Shown in pieces: positions 35,601-43,789 of a DNA stretch of 64,000 nucleotides. The position numbers and the translations under genes are program-made. Below the pieces are notes generated by a model that saw only the letters and a list, made by a program, of their open reading frames with translations, did not search any database and was not told where the DNA came from. Each line of letters opens with the position of its first letter. The stretch's first letter is position 1. Origin of the DNA: a virus (Duplodnaviria > Caudoviricetes); IMG/VR virus record IMGVR_UViG_3300037067_018877, positions 5,958 to 69,957 of that record. One strand, 5' to 3'.

Positions 35601-38600
35601 TACCACGTTCGGGGCCTCGGGGGCAAGGGGAACTTGCCCTTGCTGCTCCTGGACCTCGTCCCAGGCCATGGTCAGATAGGGCCGAATTCCCTCGCCCAGA
35701 TCCGCCACGACCTTGGCCGACCAGTCGGCGAACGCCCGGGCGCCGGCCTCGAAATGGTACAGTCCCAGCTTGACGACGTCCGACCACTCCTGCGGGTCGA
35801 AGAAGATCGTTCCGCCGGCCTCGCGTCCGCCCGGCAGTTTGCCCATCTTCTTCTGGAGGCGGGCCTTGATCTGCTCGTAGTCGCTCTGCGTAACCAACTT
35901 GTTCTGGGCGCCCCAGGCGGGAGGCTTCGCCGCAGGGGGCTTGGCCGGCGCCTCCAGGCCCCGCCGCTCCGACTCGACGTCTTTCATGGCCTTGTCGATG
36001 GCCTGTTCCCGACTCCATCCCTGTCCGGTGGGCGTCGTCCCCTTTTGTTCCAACTCTCTCCGCGCTGTGTCTGACGGCGTCTCGGCAGCCGCCTGGGGCT
36101 GGGCTTCGGGCGTGACGATCGGCGGGGCGCCTTCGGCCGTCGAGACGACATCCCGCTTGACCGTGCCGGTCGGCTTTTCGGCCGTGGGCTCGACGAGCGC
36201 AACGCGATGACCGGCCTTGAGCAGGGCTTTGAGATGCTTGTCCTTGTCGGCGACCGCGAGAACGGCCGTCTCGAGACGGTTGCCCTCGGCGTCTTCGCGG
36301 CTGGTCAGCGGAAGGCCCAGGACCTTGGCCGCGGTCCGCGCGTCCTCGTTGAACAGTTCGAATGCGTCGCCCGACCGCATGAATAAGACCGTGTCCGCAT
36401 GCTTACTCTTGAAGTGCCGCCACTGTTTGAGGGCCGGAGACTCCGGAGTCTTCGCGGGGGCGACCTCCGCTTCGGCCGGCCCCTTCTGCGGCGCTGCGGC
36501 CGAAGGGGTCTTCGCAGGGGCTTCGTGCGCCTGCGTCTCCAGTTGGGCTACGAGGTCGTCGAAGTCGGCCTGGAGGGTCCCCAGCCGGTTGGTTTCGTCT
36601 CTCGACCGCTCGTCACGGTCTTTCTGCGACAGATCGGCGATCTGCTGGCGAAGAGATACGAGCCGATCCCGCCACTGGGGCCAGACTCGGACCATCTCGT
36701 CATTGATGACGTTTTTTGGCAGTTGCGTCCACTTGCGGATCTCGGCGACGCCGGTTTCCCGGACCTCCTGTCCCATGCCGGGCAGGGCGCCGAGTTGCTG
36801 TTCTTCCGCCGTGGGGACTCTCACTGTTTGGGGGGCGGCGGAGGCGACAGGGGCAACCTCGGGCGTAGCGGCCTTCTCGGGGGCCAGAACTCGTGGACCA
36901 ACTCCTTGTCCGGCGGCAGGTGCAGTGGGTTGCTCTGCCGTCCCGGCTGGGGCGACTGTCGGGGCTTCTTCACGGCCTGGACCCTCCAATGTCTTGTCGA
37001 GGGCGTTGAAATCGATCCCGCCCGCAGGAATGCCTGCCGGCGGTACGGCTTCTGTACCTTCGGGCGCCCGGCCTTTTGGCTCGGCGCCGGCGAATCGTTC
37101 CAGCCCGATCTGTGCGCCGCCCGGGACGGCGAACGAGACCAGCATCTCCGGCGTGTTCGACAGGTCCTGCAGGAACGCGGCCCCCATCCGCTTCAGAGTC
37201 CCTGCGTCTTTGCCGGCTCCAAAATCGTCCACATTCGCGATCGCCCGCATCTGGTCGCCCAGGTATTCCTCCCCGACCTCCTCGAGGATCCCGTTGAATC
37301 CGACCTTGGTGGAGGCCTTCTGGACGAACTCGGACCAAGTCGCATTCGGATGGAGCTTGCGATAGCCCGCGAAGACCTTCGGCATGATCCGGCCGCCGAT
37401 CTGCGTCTTGCCCAGGACCCTGCCGATGCCCTTGGCGGCCCGGGCGATCCCCGGACCAGACAGTTCCGAGGTCGCCTCGATCGCCGTGTCGCCCCATGCC
37501 CTGAGCAGATCGGTGTAAGGCGACTCCTTCGACCAGGTGAACTTCGCCTCGCCCGTCTTCTCGTCGACCTCGACGTTCTGGGGCATCCGCTTTTGCAGAT
37601 AGGTCGCGGCGATCCGATGCGGCATCAACGTGCCCTGCGCAGTGCCGGCGGCGCCCGTGCCCGCGATCCAGCCGGCCGCCCGGACGGCCTTGCCGGCGGC
37701 TTGTCCTGCGACCTTCTTGGCGACCTGCTTGGCCACGCCCTTGGAGAGAGCTTTTTCCACCGCCTCCTGGACGGATCTCTTTACCACGCCTCCGGCGCCG
37801 CCCGTGGCCGCGATGTCGACCATGAAGCTCGGCATCTCGCCGAGGATCTGGCCGACGCGACCCCCAAACGAATACCCTCGTTCGGCGGTCTGGCGACGCT
37901 CGTTCTCCCAGTCGGTCACGAGCTGGAGATCGCGGTCCCGCTGCTGCTGCGCCGTGATCGGCGGCGGAGGCTTGGGCAGGACCATGCCCGCCAACTGACC
38001 CGAGGGATACCCGGGTTTCTCGATGTCCTGATAGGCGTTGGCCTCCAGGCGTTTGGCGGCGTCCCGGACATCGAGCAGGGTCTGCGCCTGAAAGACGCTG
38101 CCGGCCAGGGGCAGGTATTTCTCCGGATGCTCCTTCAATGCCTCCCCCAGACCGATGGCGTTCGGGCCTGGCGGTTTCCACGGCTGGCGAGTCGCCTCGA
38201 CGATCGCGGCGCCGCCGGGAACGGCGTAGGCCCCGCCGAAGGGGGCTATGGTGGGCGCTGCCTGCCGTGGAGTCGGCTGAATCGCCGGCGGCTCCGGATA
38301 GGACTCGGCGATTTGAGCCAGGGCCCCGTAGTCGCCCCGTCCGAGTCCGGCTTGGACCTGTCGCTGGATCTCGGGCGCGATCGTGGCTGGCGCGATCTGC
38401 GAGAGGGCGGATCGTCGGGCCTCGGTCTGGACAGCCTGTTGGCCCGCCTGGCGCCCAAGGTCCCTGTCGAGGGCGTCGAAATCGATCGCTCCGGCGGATG
38501 GCGAGACGCGGGGCGTTTCGGGAGCGGGAGGGGTCTGCGGACCCGTCCCTGACGAGCCCTGCGCGAGTTGTCGGTCCAGCAGATCGAAGTCGATCGCCGC

Positions 38601-38603
38601 CAT
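26676..38603 (-). CDS. 3975-aa DarB-like large polyvalent (probably virion-ejected) protein: MutS-I domain, N6-adenine MTase, SNF2 helicase, two HExxH motifs, LPD38-like C-terminus
   Basis: LKQWRHFKSKHADTVLFMRSGDAFELFNEDA (MutS-I, ~36200-36440); LEPSVGSG and ISNVPF (~34780-34970); HDVGGGKT, DEAH, QRNGRAIR; HEITH (~30290), HEMGH (~29680). Confidence 0.88.
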   Translation of the reverse strand: MAAIDFDLLDRQLAQGSSGTGPQTPPAPETPRVSPSAGAIDFDALDRDLGRQAGQQAVQTEARRSALSQIAPATIAPEIQRQVQAGLGRGDYGALAQIAESYPEPPAIQPTPRQAAPTIAPFGGAYAVPGGAAIVEATRQPWKPPGPNAIGLGEALKEHPEKYLPLAGSVFQAQTLLDVRDAAKRLEANAYQDIEKPGYPSGQLAGMVLPKPPPPITAQQQRDRDLQLVTDWENERRQTAERGYSFGGRVGQILGEMPSFMVDIAATGGAGGVVKRSVQEAVEKALSKGVAKQVAKKVAGQAAGKAVRAAGWIAGTGAAGTAQGTLMPHRIAATYLQKRMPQNVEVDEKTGEAKFTWSKESPYTDLLRAWGDTAIEATSELSGPGIARAAKGIGRVLGKTQIGGRIMPKVFAGYRKLHPNATWSEFVQKASTKVGFNGILEEVGEEYLGDQMRAIANVDDFGAGKDAGTLKRMGAAFLQDLSNTPEMLVSFAVPGGAQIGLERFAGAEPKGRAPEGTEAVPPAGIPAGGIDFNALDKTLEGPGREEAPTVAPAGTAEQPTAPAAGQGVGPRVLAPEKAATPEVAPVASAAPQTVRVPTAEEQQLGALPGMGQEVRETGVAEIRKWTQLPKNVINDEMVRVWPQWRDRLVSLRQQIADLSQKDRDERSRDETNRLGTLQADFDDLVAQLETQAHEAPAKTPSAAAPQKGPAEAEVAPAKTPESPALKQWRHFKSKHADTVLFMRSGDAFELFNEDARTAAKVLGLPLTSREDAEGNRLETAVLAVADKDKHLKALLKAGHRVALVEPTAEKPTGTVKRDVVSTAEGAPPIVTPEAQPQAAAETPSDTARRELEQKGTTPTGQGWSREQAIDKAMKDVESERRGLEAPAKPPAAKPPAWGAQNKLVTQSDYEQIKARLQKKMGKLPGGREAGGTIFFDPQEWSDVVKLGLYHFEAGARAFADWSAKVVADLGEGIRPYLTMAWDEVQEQQGQVPLAPEAPNVVESGQQETTNEPGPRTAQGQAPGEGGPAVPGVSAGPGAQGRGPAGPGAAEQPRVEGGPGTSEQNVPSAEQPTGPGVREPGVSPAAVEVGGQPPAGAAGEGLPGSGSNPVVPTASVDDVDAPGGRASLDENYDLRGVASIELTKSQRRAINDRVKAILAKDRITEDDRDILRQYTGEGGLTSGTFEALNQHYTNYATIKAMYRAIRQSGFRFRKALEPSVGSGNFVGMQPNASWTTVDIDATNDAVVSKLYPKAKHYNISFELFKEEGYDLIISNVPFSEERGRGRLKNRPEIKALHDFYFAHALTLVKDNGVIAFITSTGTMDKTDESIRREVIAKADVLGAYRLPQGHFWENAHTEVTTDVIFLMKRPEGAVPTPDQQAINEAWAASSKTADGIYQNEYYQSYPHHILGAQTVGKDKLHGGRPAYVVTGEARLDEIGFTYKPYETKRATADATETQKAPDNSKEFYAWAAENYIRFREQSDPLYQEHIQIEAGRVYVASEEVRFRDIDGKVMVFTEQTGDEVQKVVLLDEILAKAEAFQKGDEDAGAEGIDLILQYRQAYRKHPNADNKLKRFFKEHDEESYLYELAALFDANWTPADVFTTRTRYEGSGKIEARGTLKEQAFANEDSKGVIRIAQARGLQESDVLELLGQGYALVERGPAGSTLQNDILYYAGNIYQKIDGARAIEAPAEYQPAIQSQIERLDAVKPTPKALDEIRFKGTEAWILPFTQRLTTWQRTTTKEGMREWDTGDKILDNYLNSQKLITRRTDEHGVPLESLGEFMERVRLAEEHVEDKLDELRQKITRNPDLLKRVEESYNRRFRNYVKPDYEKAQYLVQDVLDEIEKNSPIRLRKNQIEWLVQAVYEGKGINAHDVGGGKTFASIALARVLKKRGAAKKPMFVVPAKTIKKWKRDILTLFPDAKIIDLGALSADKRTKALHDLSNTNADYVLVSTEGFTNIKLPADVESRYIDDVLNEHVDDPGVKGRARATLRERVDRLKAILEEEKRDTRLTFDKLGIDMIVADEAHAYKNIGIRNKLVKFGLGKGFGVNTGRRETGRVDSQGEPITEETVSLMSARAYDFRFKSNYVLEHNNNRNIFLLTATPTPNKPMEIYTMIRHLSRDIFHEYGILSDQDFSDTFFKLGSVKDQARNRDRQILKAIVNAQELRGILNRYVDKIPMEQMPWITIPRENVIEHVFERPDAYQAIADDLDQRRKNLPRHPTTGDDTLVGLYTAGRAASVDPRLYGGEHAAPAAMTDVRSYDAEDDKIQFSLDNIVKVHQENPNAGQLLFLDAAGHQQVERGHLTEDLHSEIKNDLIKQGFKATEIAIINGNVVTNPRTGRESASGDRDAKKQEIADAYNEGRIKVVIGTTSSMGEGMDLQIKTTDIYHVDIPYTPGAFRQRNGRAIRYGNENDQVNVHYMLMKGTFDALSFGIVSHKKGWNQALWEKEVAEEISTEEEMAEGAIPRQEQILIELERDPVRKQYLILSFQYQRLQEERNELFQMQRTIRDRLNRARVLLAERQEILKGQQKRLGELKPKETIKDEAERQATFEKQKKVLENSIEISEDKLKEVREQIAKFEARQKDLTAQEQTAEAQLQDFRRQHVDDRGEIVVASGGGPAMQRFEIAAPPSETLGQEKDRYRRVFRKAPRIRGSRLRMVDVADAVDPETLAEWAADPLYTDLAHKVHRAFRRIVDKIGAKLPDRKLRFFGFMFSRNVAGLHVLGSYVGARNSQILMNVPGLWCSSDLSAEDYPERMAGQMVATMMHEITHQSTREHTEKYAGLLTRFNGMTILEQARATRAIAAVLRKVGYEELDRKFNRQYSQSVRADLLRQIGSRQEIAEPGEPGRKGVAGPGQETGPGRREGGERPEQAGGEVSPGTPGPAHAVPGARGSGQYNEIDIGRIKTTPTSQGPAGKPVAPREIVDFIRQKFKLPVRGKATHRTKVRAGWFDPRAVGVRMVDQQAIGTAVHEMGHYVDWHLEKRWSAKPPSSAIRQELLALGKALYGQKQPPGGYKSEGWAEFLRIYLTDDDAQTKAPALYKFFTETFLPGRPKMAANIAAVRQMVDAYRQQGAEARIEAQISRKEDKGPLGERLRKRWRKAVGNWVDELDALWQLGKAAEEQLGRKLEPAEHPGELARAFASKAPAKAREFVLTGTTDLAGNKKGGSLKDALSGIDRKDMAAFTRWIYAKEALYRWSQGKNPGISQADAQHVYDRGAQNAAWQKAADAVTQWNNDLLDYLVEAGALDSSLRDTLQKAPVYIPLMRAFNEGELRAPGVGTGRGPVQGGKAIRRMHGSGRQIQDPFDSMIQQAERFFTIAHKAVVAKSLYDIGTKVPGMAGVLWKVPAPMQKVEFEAERIRKDIQRVVVKHLGVDPDLMDREGPWDDPITLWLNDIDYRGKDNIVGLTIGAKKEWFEVDSDLYRAIQGLDVYSLPGFWRLFAIPTRALRMGATALNPAFGLVRNFIRDGLTGLVTGEHARLGPISSAKGVVKDIAGSESARRFKALGGKMASQLLNDRIATQRLRDELTGNWAIKTAKHPIEALRELFGISEQGFRIEEFEKAYQEGSKRYGAGTLSASIYALNAAQQSTVNFTRHGRIAKILNEIIPFFNAAIQGPVVIFEVARRNPKRFFTTSLVGLTLPAVALWALAQRDEDDEDWYGKLSDFEKASYLHFRVPGTQKIVRIPIPFELGYVFQALPVAVLDQLWREDPAQVKDIVEIAARQIQPFDWPAFAGPAVEAILTNKDFRGIPIETEAMKNMLPGDRVRPYTTKLMRYIGAKTNLSPVVLEHLVDGYSGGMYRRLARTADLATGKAQAAEAADIPVVGTLFVRQSERPNEGLDKFYERLDLLNQKAGSKKATGAELAERHEYNVMTRQLAKLRKKTQAEGASKDERKRVFAEMDAITRRARKLTQEGASPKDILSLIAENTYAGNNKPHKGQEDLVKTLIEQYKQQKGHRPSPADLNRARRRATQKK
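29894..30166 (-). CDS. candidate overprinted ORF inside the giant gene
   Basis: GAGGAAGG before ATG; helical sequence with G/C third codon positions where the main frame is a Pro/Gly/Glu linker. Confidence 0.4.
   Translation of the reverse strand: MKNSIGNSTGSTLNRSELIFLGKLEAARKLPSQASQVEKVWLAQGRRQGLDVEKVVNVLNKLEAKFRREHPDRLMPSPGPEAAASTTRST
35180..35575 (-). CDS. candidate overprinted ORF (131 aa) inside the giant gene
   Basis: AGGAG SD 7 nt before ATG; almost all of the first ~50 codons end in G/C; amphipathic helices; main frame here is a low-complexity linker. Confidence 0.6.
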   Translation of the reverse strand: MNQDLEQLKAKLQEKVDQQFRAYLLDQVPKGEALLAQVRPNSPEWKAVLGPLSKMYLVLNSQLGLVCESLAYPLQQWKWADSRPLELLAKVYPDLEATRWYQRHLSMMLMPPAAEHPWTKITTYEASPPSS

Positions 38604-39763
38604 CAGAAATTCCCTTTTGGCCTGGTGCTGCCCTGCAGGCTCGCCAGGACCTTTGCCTCTCCGTACTTGTGGATCCGTTGGAGCAGCCGTTTCTGGTCGG
38701 CCGCCGACTGGCCGGCGAGGATCTCCTTGGTCGGGCCGGACAGGTCCGTCTCATTCAGGAGCCGGCCCGTCGTTCGGGTCATCTCGACGTACTCGGGACT
38801 GGCTTTGTACGCCTTGATCGCCCGGCCTGCCGCCTTCAGACCCGTCGCCGAGGCCGCCTGCGACTGCTGGATCTTCTGCGCGTTGCGGACCGTCGCCCCG
38901 CCGGCCTGCTCGTATTGGCCCAGCGCCTCGTCCAGCAGCTCCGGTCCCGGAATGGCCGCCATCGCAGAGCCCGCGTTCGCGTAGGGTCCCGACCGCGGAG
39001 GCCTCACGCCGCCCGCAGGCGCCATTCCGCCGGAGACCCCGACCCCGCGGGCCCAGGAACCGGGCGTGCGGCTGGCCCCCGTCGGAGCCCTAGGCTGATT
39101 CGCCTGGTCAGCCAGGTTGCCGAGGTTTTCCGACAGGCCGCCCAGGACCATCGGCGTCTCTGCCGCGGGGGCCGATCCAGCGGCGGGCGCCCCCCGGACA
39201 GGCAGCGTATCCTGGACCATCTGCATGAAGCTCTTGTTCTTCTCGGCCGGGGCGGATTCAGGAAGCGAGCCGGCCGGACTTTCCCCGGCGGGACTCGGTC
39301 CCCCGCCCAGCTCCTCCAGGCTCTGCATCCAGATCCGGTGTTCCGGATTCTTCGGGTCGTACGCGTCCCCCTCGTCTCCGCTCCAGGGACGATTGCCGAT
39401 CAGTTCCGAAACGGCCTTGGCTTTCTGGACCGGATCTTGCGCCGTGGCGGAACTCGCCTTGGCTTGGGCGTACTGGCCCATCCCGCGTTCGTAGGGGGTC
39501 GGAATTTGCTCGTACTGATTGGCGCCCTGGGCGTTGACCATCGGGGGCATGGTCATTCCGTGTTTCTTGAGGATCTCCCGCGTCGCCTCGATCCGGGCCG
39601 GGGTATTGTCCGGCGTGCTCTGCTGGACGACCTGAAGATCGCTGAGCAGTTGCCGCTGCTTCTTCTCCTGCCCGGCGTCACGGCCCTGCATGGCCTTGTC
39701 CAGCTCGTTGAACGCCCCGCCGAACGCACGGACCGGGGCCATCGCCACGTCCCACAGCGCCAT
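38603..39763 (-). CDS. internal virion/ejection protein
   Basis: Ala/Gly/Gln-rich; directly upstream of the giant protein in podovirus gene order. Confidence 0.65.
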   Translation of the reverse strand: MALWDVAMAPVRAFGGAFNELDKAMQGRDAGQEKKQRQLLSDLQVVQQSTPDNTPARIEATREILKKHGMTMPPMVNAQGANQYEQIPTPYERGMGQYAQAKASSATAQDPVQKAKAVSELIGNRPWSGDEGDAYDPKNPEHRIWMQSLEELGGGPSPAGESPAGSLPESAPAEKNKSFMQMVQDTLPVRGAPAAGSAPAAETPMVLGGLSENLGNLADQANQPRAPTGASRTPGSWARGVGVSGGMAPAGGVRPPRSGPYANAGSAMAAIPGPELLDEALGQYEQAGGATVRNAQKIQQSQAASATGLKAAGRAIKAYKASPEYVEMTRTTGRLLNETDLSGPTKEILAGQSAADQKRLLQRIHKYGEAKVLASLQGSTRPKGNF

Positions 39764-39764
39764 A

Positions 39765-40592
39765 TCAGTCACCTCCCTTGATCCCAACGTTCCAGGAACT
39801 GGACGTACCCTTCGCCGTGTTATAGTTCATCCCGAGAAGGTTCAGCATCGTCTCGAGGACCCTGGGATCCGTGATCTGCTGGCTCTCCATCCACTGCTCC
39901 ATGTTGGAGGCGATCTCCGCCTGCTCCTGCTGCTGCTCGGCGGAGGCCAGGCCGTAAAGCGACTGCGTACCCTGGATTCCCGCCAGGGCCTGCTGCTGCG
40001 GCTGGCTGATGTAGTCGCCCGCTAGGGGGATCGCCGACAGGGCGCGGCCGGCCTTGGCCTCGGCCAGGGCCTTGTTCGCCTCTTCGGCTCCATACCGCAG
40101 TTGACCGTACTGGCTGGACAGCGTGTCGGCCGTGTCCTGGGCCCCTTTGGCGACCGCGTTCATCCGGGCCGTGGACCAGTAGCCGGGGCCGCTGTAGGCC
40201 TCCTGGATCTCGGGCTTGGTGGTCTCGGACCAGGTCTTCATCGTCGGGGCCTCGTAGGCGCTCTTGAAGAGCTGGTTCACGGATTCCTCCGTGTAGGGCT
40301 CGGCCCCCATCTGGCCCGAGAGGATGTCCGACAGGGCCGCACCCGTCTGGCCGTAGGTCGCTCCCCCGGTGGTGGGCGTGAGGTACTGGGACCAGTTGCC
40401 GACAGAGCCCAGGAGGTTCTGCTGCGCGCCGGTGAGATTGGCCACGCGGTCCCCGCCGTAGGACTGCTGGCCCTGGCCGACCTGCGAGCCGTAGGTCGAC
40501 AGGAGGTTCCGCATCCAGGTCGCCTGCTCCGGCAGGAACGATTGGGACTTTTCAGATGACTTCTTCGATCCGAAATCAAGTCCAAGTGCCAT
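39765..40592 (-). CDS. DNA-transfer/ejection protein
   Basis: Q/G/S/A-rich (SYGGDRVANLTGAQQ); follows the nozzle gene. Confidence 0.7.
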   Translation of the reverse strand: MALGLDFGSKKSSEKSQSFLPEQATWMRNLLSTYGSQVGQGQQSYGGDRVANLTGAQQNLLGSVGNWSQYLTPTTGGATYGQTGAALSDILSGQMGAEPYTEESVNQLFKSAYEAPTMKTWSETTKPEIQEAYSGPGYWSTARMNAVAKGAQDTADTLSSQYGQLRYGAEEANKALAEAKAGRALSAIPLAGDYISQPQQQALAGIQGTQSLYGLASAEQQQEQAEIASNMEQWMESQQITDPRVLETMLNLLGMNYNTAKGTSSSWNVGIKGGD

Positions 40593-42616
40593 TATCTGTT
40601 TTCCTCCAGTTCGGGCCCCATGACTTCGATCTCCCGAACCTCAAAGGTGCTTCCTTGCGAATTCATCAGGGCGAACTGGATCTTCTCGCTCGTGCGGTTG
40701 ACGAAGAACTGCCGCGTCTGGGCCGTGGCGTCCAGGGCGTACGAGGCGTCGATCCGCGTCCAGGAGGACAACTCCGTCGAGTCAAAGTTCGCCGTCCTGT
40801 AGTACACCAGGATCTGGCCGTCGTTGACCGTCTCGGGCTTTTGGGCCGTCACGCGAAGGCCGGGCCACCGCTTCTGGAGACCGGGGCAGCCCGTGTCGAA
40901 TACGGGGGTCTTGTGCAGGGCCGTGAGGGTCGTCGCGCCGATCGTGCCCGAGAGGGACGCATCGAAGGCCCAGAGGCAGCCGGAGTCGTCCCCCAGGACC
41001 AGGGCCTCCTTCGTCTTGTAGACCTCGATCCGGTCGGCGTAGGATTCCCCCTCGTCGGTCCAGACGGAGAACGGCACGCCCGCCGGCACGTCCGTCGTAT
41101 CCGCCACCGCCAGGGACGGATCCCGCTCCTGGAGAGTCATGTAGGTGTTGGACAGGTCCGCGATCGCGTAGTAGTGGTCCCCGTAGCGGCAGTGGGTCCA
41201 GTTGGAGCCATCCTCCACCAGGACGACGTCGCCGGGGGTCATGTCCGTCAGAAACGCACCCGTCGCACATACGAGGTGAGTCCCTCCGGCGCACCAGGTG
41301 GCGCTCGTGACCTCGCTGGTCAGGGTCCGGCTGGCGTCGCACAAGACATCCCCGTAGCGGAGCGTCGCGTCGCCGGCGTCGGAGACCTCGTAGACCGATT
41401 CCTTGGCCAGGGCCTGTCTGTAGGTCTCGCCCCGGCTTCCAGTCACCGAGGCCACCTGACTGACGGCGGTGATCCCGCCGGAAGGAAATCCCTCCGTAAG
41501 GTCCTGCCTGGCCCAGACGCCCTGCGTCAGATCGTACCAGTAGATGACGCCGATGTACTCGCGTCCGGAGGGGACCAAGAACACGCCCAGCCGCTCGGCG
41601 TTGATGTCCAGGGCCAGCCAGCATCGCCGCACGTGGTCCCGATCGACGTCCCGGAGGAGGAAATCCTTGATCTTGTCGCCGATCGCCTTTTTGATCGTCC
41701 CGCCGTAATAGGCGTAGACGTTCCAGTCGGTCCCCACGACGTAGTGGATATTTCCGTGAGGGGCCAGCAGCCGGCTGTCCAAGAGGCCCAGGTCGTGCAC
41801 CACGGGCTTGGGGTCGAAGACCTTCGTTCCGCCCACATAGCGGAGGTTCCAGATCGAGGTGTCCTGATACACGTAGAACTCCCCCGCCAGGGGGGCCGCC
41901 CAGACGTTGATTCCGCCCGTGTCCCGCAGTTCCGCCGCGCCGGAGCCCGTGCCCGTCCAGGACTGGAGTTTGGCGATCTGGGGCCAGCGGACGCGGGAAC
42001 GGTTTTCGACCCAGACCCGGCTGGAGGCGTCGTACTCCCGCGGGGAGATCAGGATCAGGCGGTTCTGCGTCGTGCCCACCTGCAGGGCCCTGTGCGTCGT
42101 GCCGCCCGAGTAGCCGTCGGCGCCAACGAGATCCCCGCAGTCGGCCTCGCCCTCGCCGGCCCACCGCTGGATGTTCGATTGGCCGCCGTCGCAGATCACG
42201 ACGTGCTCGTAGGCGTGGGCCTGGGCCGCGTCGTCGTTCAGGTAGATGTCGCTATCGTCGTGGCTGATGACCACCGTGCTGACGGGCGCGTCCACCGAGG
42301 AACCCATCGTCAGACCGGCCTGCGTGATGTCGTCCCACTCGGCGTTGGTGAAGTCCCTCCTGTAGATCTTCTCCCGCGTCACGGCCAACAGGTAGTCAGA
42401 CAGGTTGATCCGGCAGCTCGGAACGGCCAGGACCACGTCCCCGGAATTGAGCGGCGTCGTCGTGTTCCAGTTGGCCAGGCCCGCCTCGGTCCGCAGCAGA
42501 CCTTTCCCGTACACGAGGTTGTACGAGCCGTCGGCCGCCGCACGCGGGTCGAGTTGATTGACCGGCAGCCGGCAGTCCAGGCCCAAGTCCGGCGATTGGA
42601 TCAGGATGTCCGCCAT
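40592..42616 (-). CDS. tail nozzle/head-closure protein (P22 gp10/T7 gp12-like)
   Basis: beta-propeller-like repeats (QDTSIWNL, VYAYYGG, IYWYD); position before ejection proteins. Confidence 0.7.
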   Translation of the reverse strand: MADILIQSPDLGLDCRLPVNQLDPRAAADGSYNLVYGKGLLRTEAGLANWNTTTPLNSGDVVLAVPSCRINLSDYLLAVTREKIYRRDFTNAEWDDITQAGLTMGSSVDAPVSTVVISHDDSDIYLNDDAAQAHAYEHVVICDGGQSNIQRWAGEGEADCGDLVGADGYSGGTTHRALQVGTTQNRLILISPREYDASSRVWVENRSRVRWPQIAKLQSWTGTGSGAAELRDTGGINVWAAPLAGEFYVYQDTSIWNLRYVGGTKVFDPKPVVHDLGLLDSRLLAPHGNIHYVVGTDWNVYAYYGGTIKKAIGDKIKDFLLRDVDRDHVRRCWLALDINAERLGVFLVPSGREYIGVIYWYDLTQGVWARQDLTEGFPSGGITAVSQVASVTGSRGETYRQALAKESVYEVSDAGDATLRYGDVLCDASRTLTSEVTSATWCAGGTHLVCATGAFLTDMTPGDVVLVEDGSNWTHCRYGDHYYAIADLSNTYMTLQERDPSLAVADTTDVPAGVPFSVWTDEGESYADRIEVYKTKEALVLGDDSGCLWAFDASLSGTIGATTLTALHKTPVFDTGCPGLQKRWPGLRVTAQKPETVNDGQILVYYRTANFDSTELSSWTRIDASYALDATAQTRQFFVNRTSEKIQFALMNSQGSTFEVREIEVMGPELEENR

Positions 42617-42617
42617 A

Positions 42618-43700
42618 TCAAACCATCCTCAGGGCGACCACGCGATACTGCCCCGTGTTGCAGTAGACCTTTTGCCCGCTGGCGTCCAGAGAGAACGCGG
42701 CATTGTCGGCCCCAGCCTGGATTGTGACCTGGGTAGTGGTCAGGTTGTTGATCGATGCGCCGCTCTCCTGGTTGCTCTCCAGCCACGGGGCGTACTGGGC
42801 ATAGATGCGATTGGCTCCCATGGCGAGGCCGTTGCCGGTGTCCTTGAAGTACAACAGCGTCAGCAGGGCCGTCGAGCTGAGGTCGTGGGTCTTGGTGTAC
42901 GTGCCCGCGACCGAGCAATCGAACCAAGTGGAGTCGTAGACGTTGTTGGCGCAGAAGCTCACCAGACCCTGGTGCTCGACAGAGCCGTCGATCTTCACGG
43001 CCCCCTCGAAGTCGACGGCCCCGGCGAATGTGGAATCCCCCGCCACGCCGATCGAGGTGAAGTCCGCCCGCTTGCCGAAATCGACAGTTCCATCGAACGC
43101 GGCGACCGAGAAATCCACGGTCCCGTCGAAGGAGGCCACGGCCGCGGAGCCCTCAAAGCGGACCGGCCCTGTGAACGTGGCCGAGCCGTCCACGTGCATG
43201 ATCGTCATGTCGACAGAGGCGTCGAACTGCTGGGCCCCCGTCCAGGTGATGTCGGCGCCTTTGCACTGCTTGTCCGGATCGATCAGGCAGATCGTGGGAT
43301 CGGCGCCGTCGTCCGTGATGCACCAGACCGTCTGGTTGCCCGAGGAGTGGACCAGACCGTTCGCCTGGAACAGAGTGGCGTCATAGGCCCCCGAGACGTC
43401 GGCGGTCCCATCGACCTGCCGCAGCACCTGGGCGATGCCCGGGACGTGCTCGCCGCCGGCGGTCCCATCCCCGACGGATTCGTGCTCCTTGTCGATCCGT
43501 TTTCGAAAGGCCTTGGCCAGATGGTTCCAGGCCCGGTAGTCCAGACCGTGCGGACGGTCGACGTCGACGTCCTCCTCCCAGTCGGTGCCCGAGCCGTCCG
43601 GATGCGCGTTGAACCGCCAGGATGCGCGATCGAGGGGGGGAAATTGAAAGACCCGTCCGCTGCGGTGGACCGTATATGCGATCGATGGACTCATAGCCAT
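42618..43700 (-). CDS. virion structural/tail fibre-like protein
   Basis: repetitive FDG.V.F beta-rich middle; C-terminal TTTQVTIQAG...GQYRVVALR. Confidence 0.6.
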   Translation of the reverse strand: MAMSPSIAYTVHRSGRVFQFPPLDRASWRFNAHPDGSGTDWEEDVDVDRPHGLDYRAWNHLAKAFRKRIDKEHESVGDGTAGGEHVPGIAQVLRQVDGTADVSGAYDATLFQANGLVHSSGNQTVWCITDDGADPTICLIDPDKQCKGADITWTGAQQFDASVDMTIMHVDGSATFTGPVRFEGSAAVASFDGTVDFSVAAFDGTVDFGKRADFTSIGVAGDSTFAGAVDFEGAVKIDGSVEHQGLVSFCANNVYDSTWFDCSVAGTYTKTHDLSSTALLTLLYFKDTGNGLAMGANRIYAQYAPWLESNQESGASINNLTTTQVTIQAGADNAAFSLDASGQKVYCNTGQYRVVALRMV

Positions 43701-43789
43701 GTCTCCGTTCAAAAAGCCGCTTACCTTTTTCCCGGAGTCAGGCTCTACAGCAGGCATCTTATCGACGCCCAGGGGGGCCGTCAATAGGG

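Noticed and set aside
26733-38552. Long plus-strand ORFs (1471, 1177, 717 aa; similarly 49284-52256 and 60318-62948)
   Set aside because: Antisense shadows of GC3-biased minus-strand genes with no recognisable motifs
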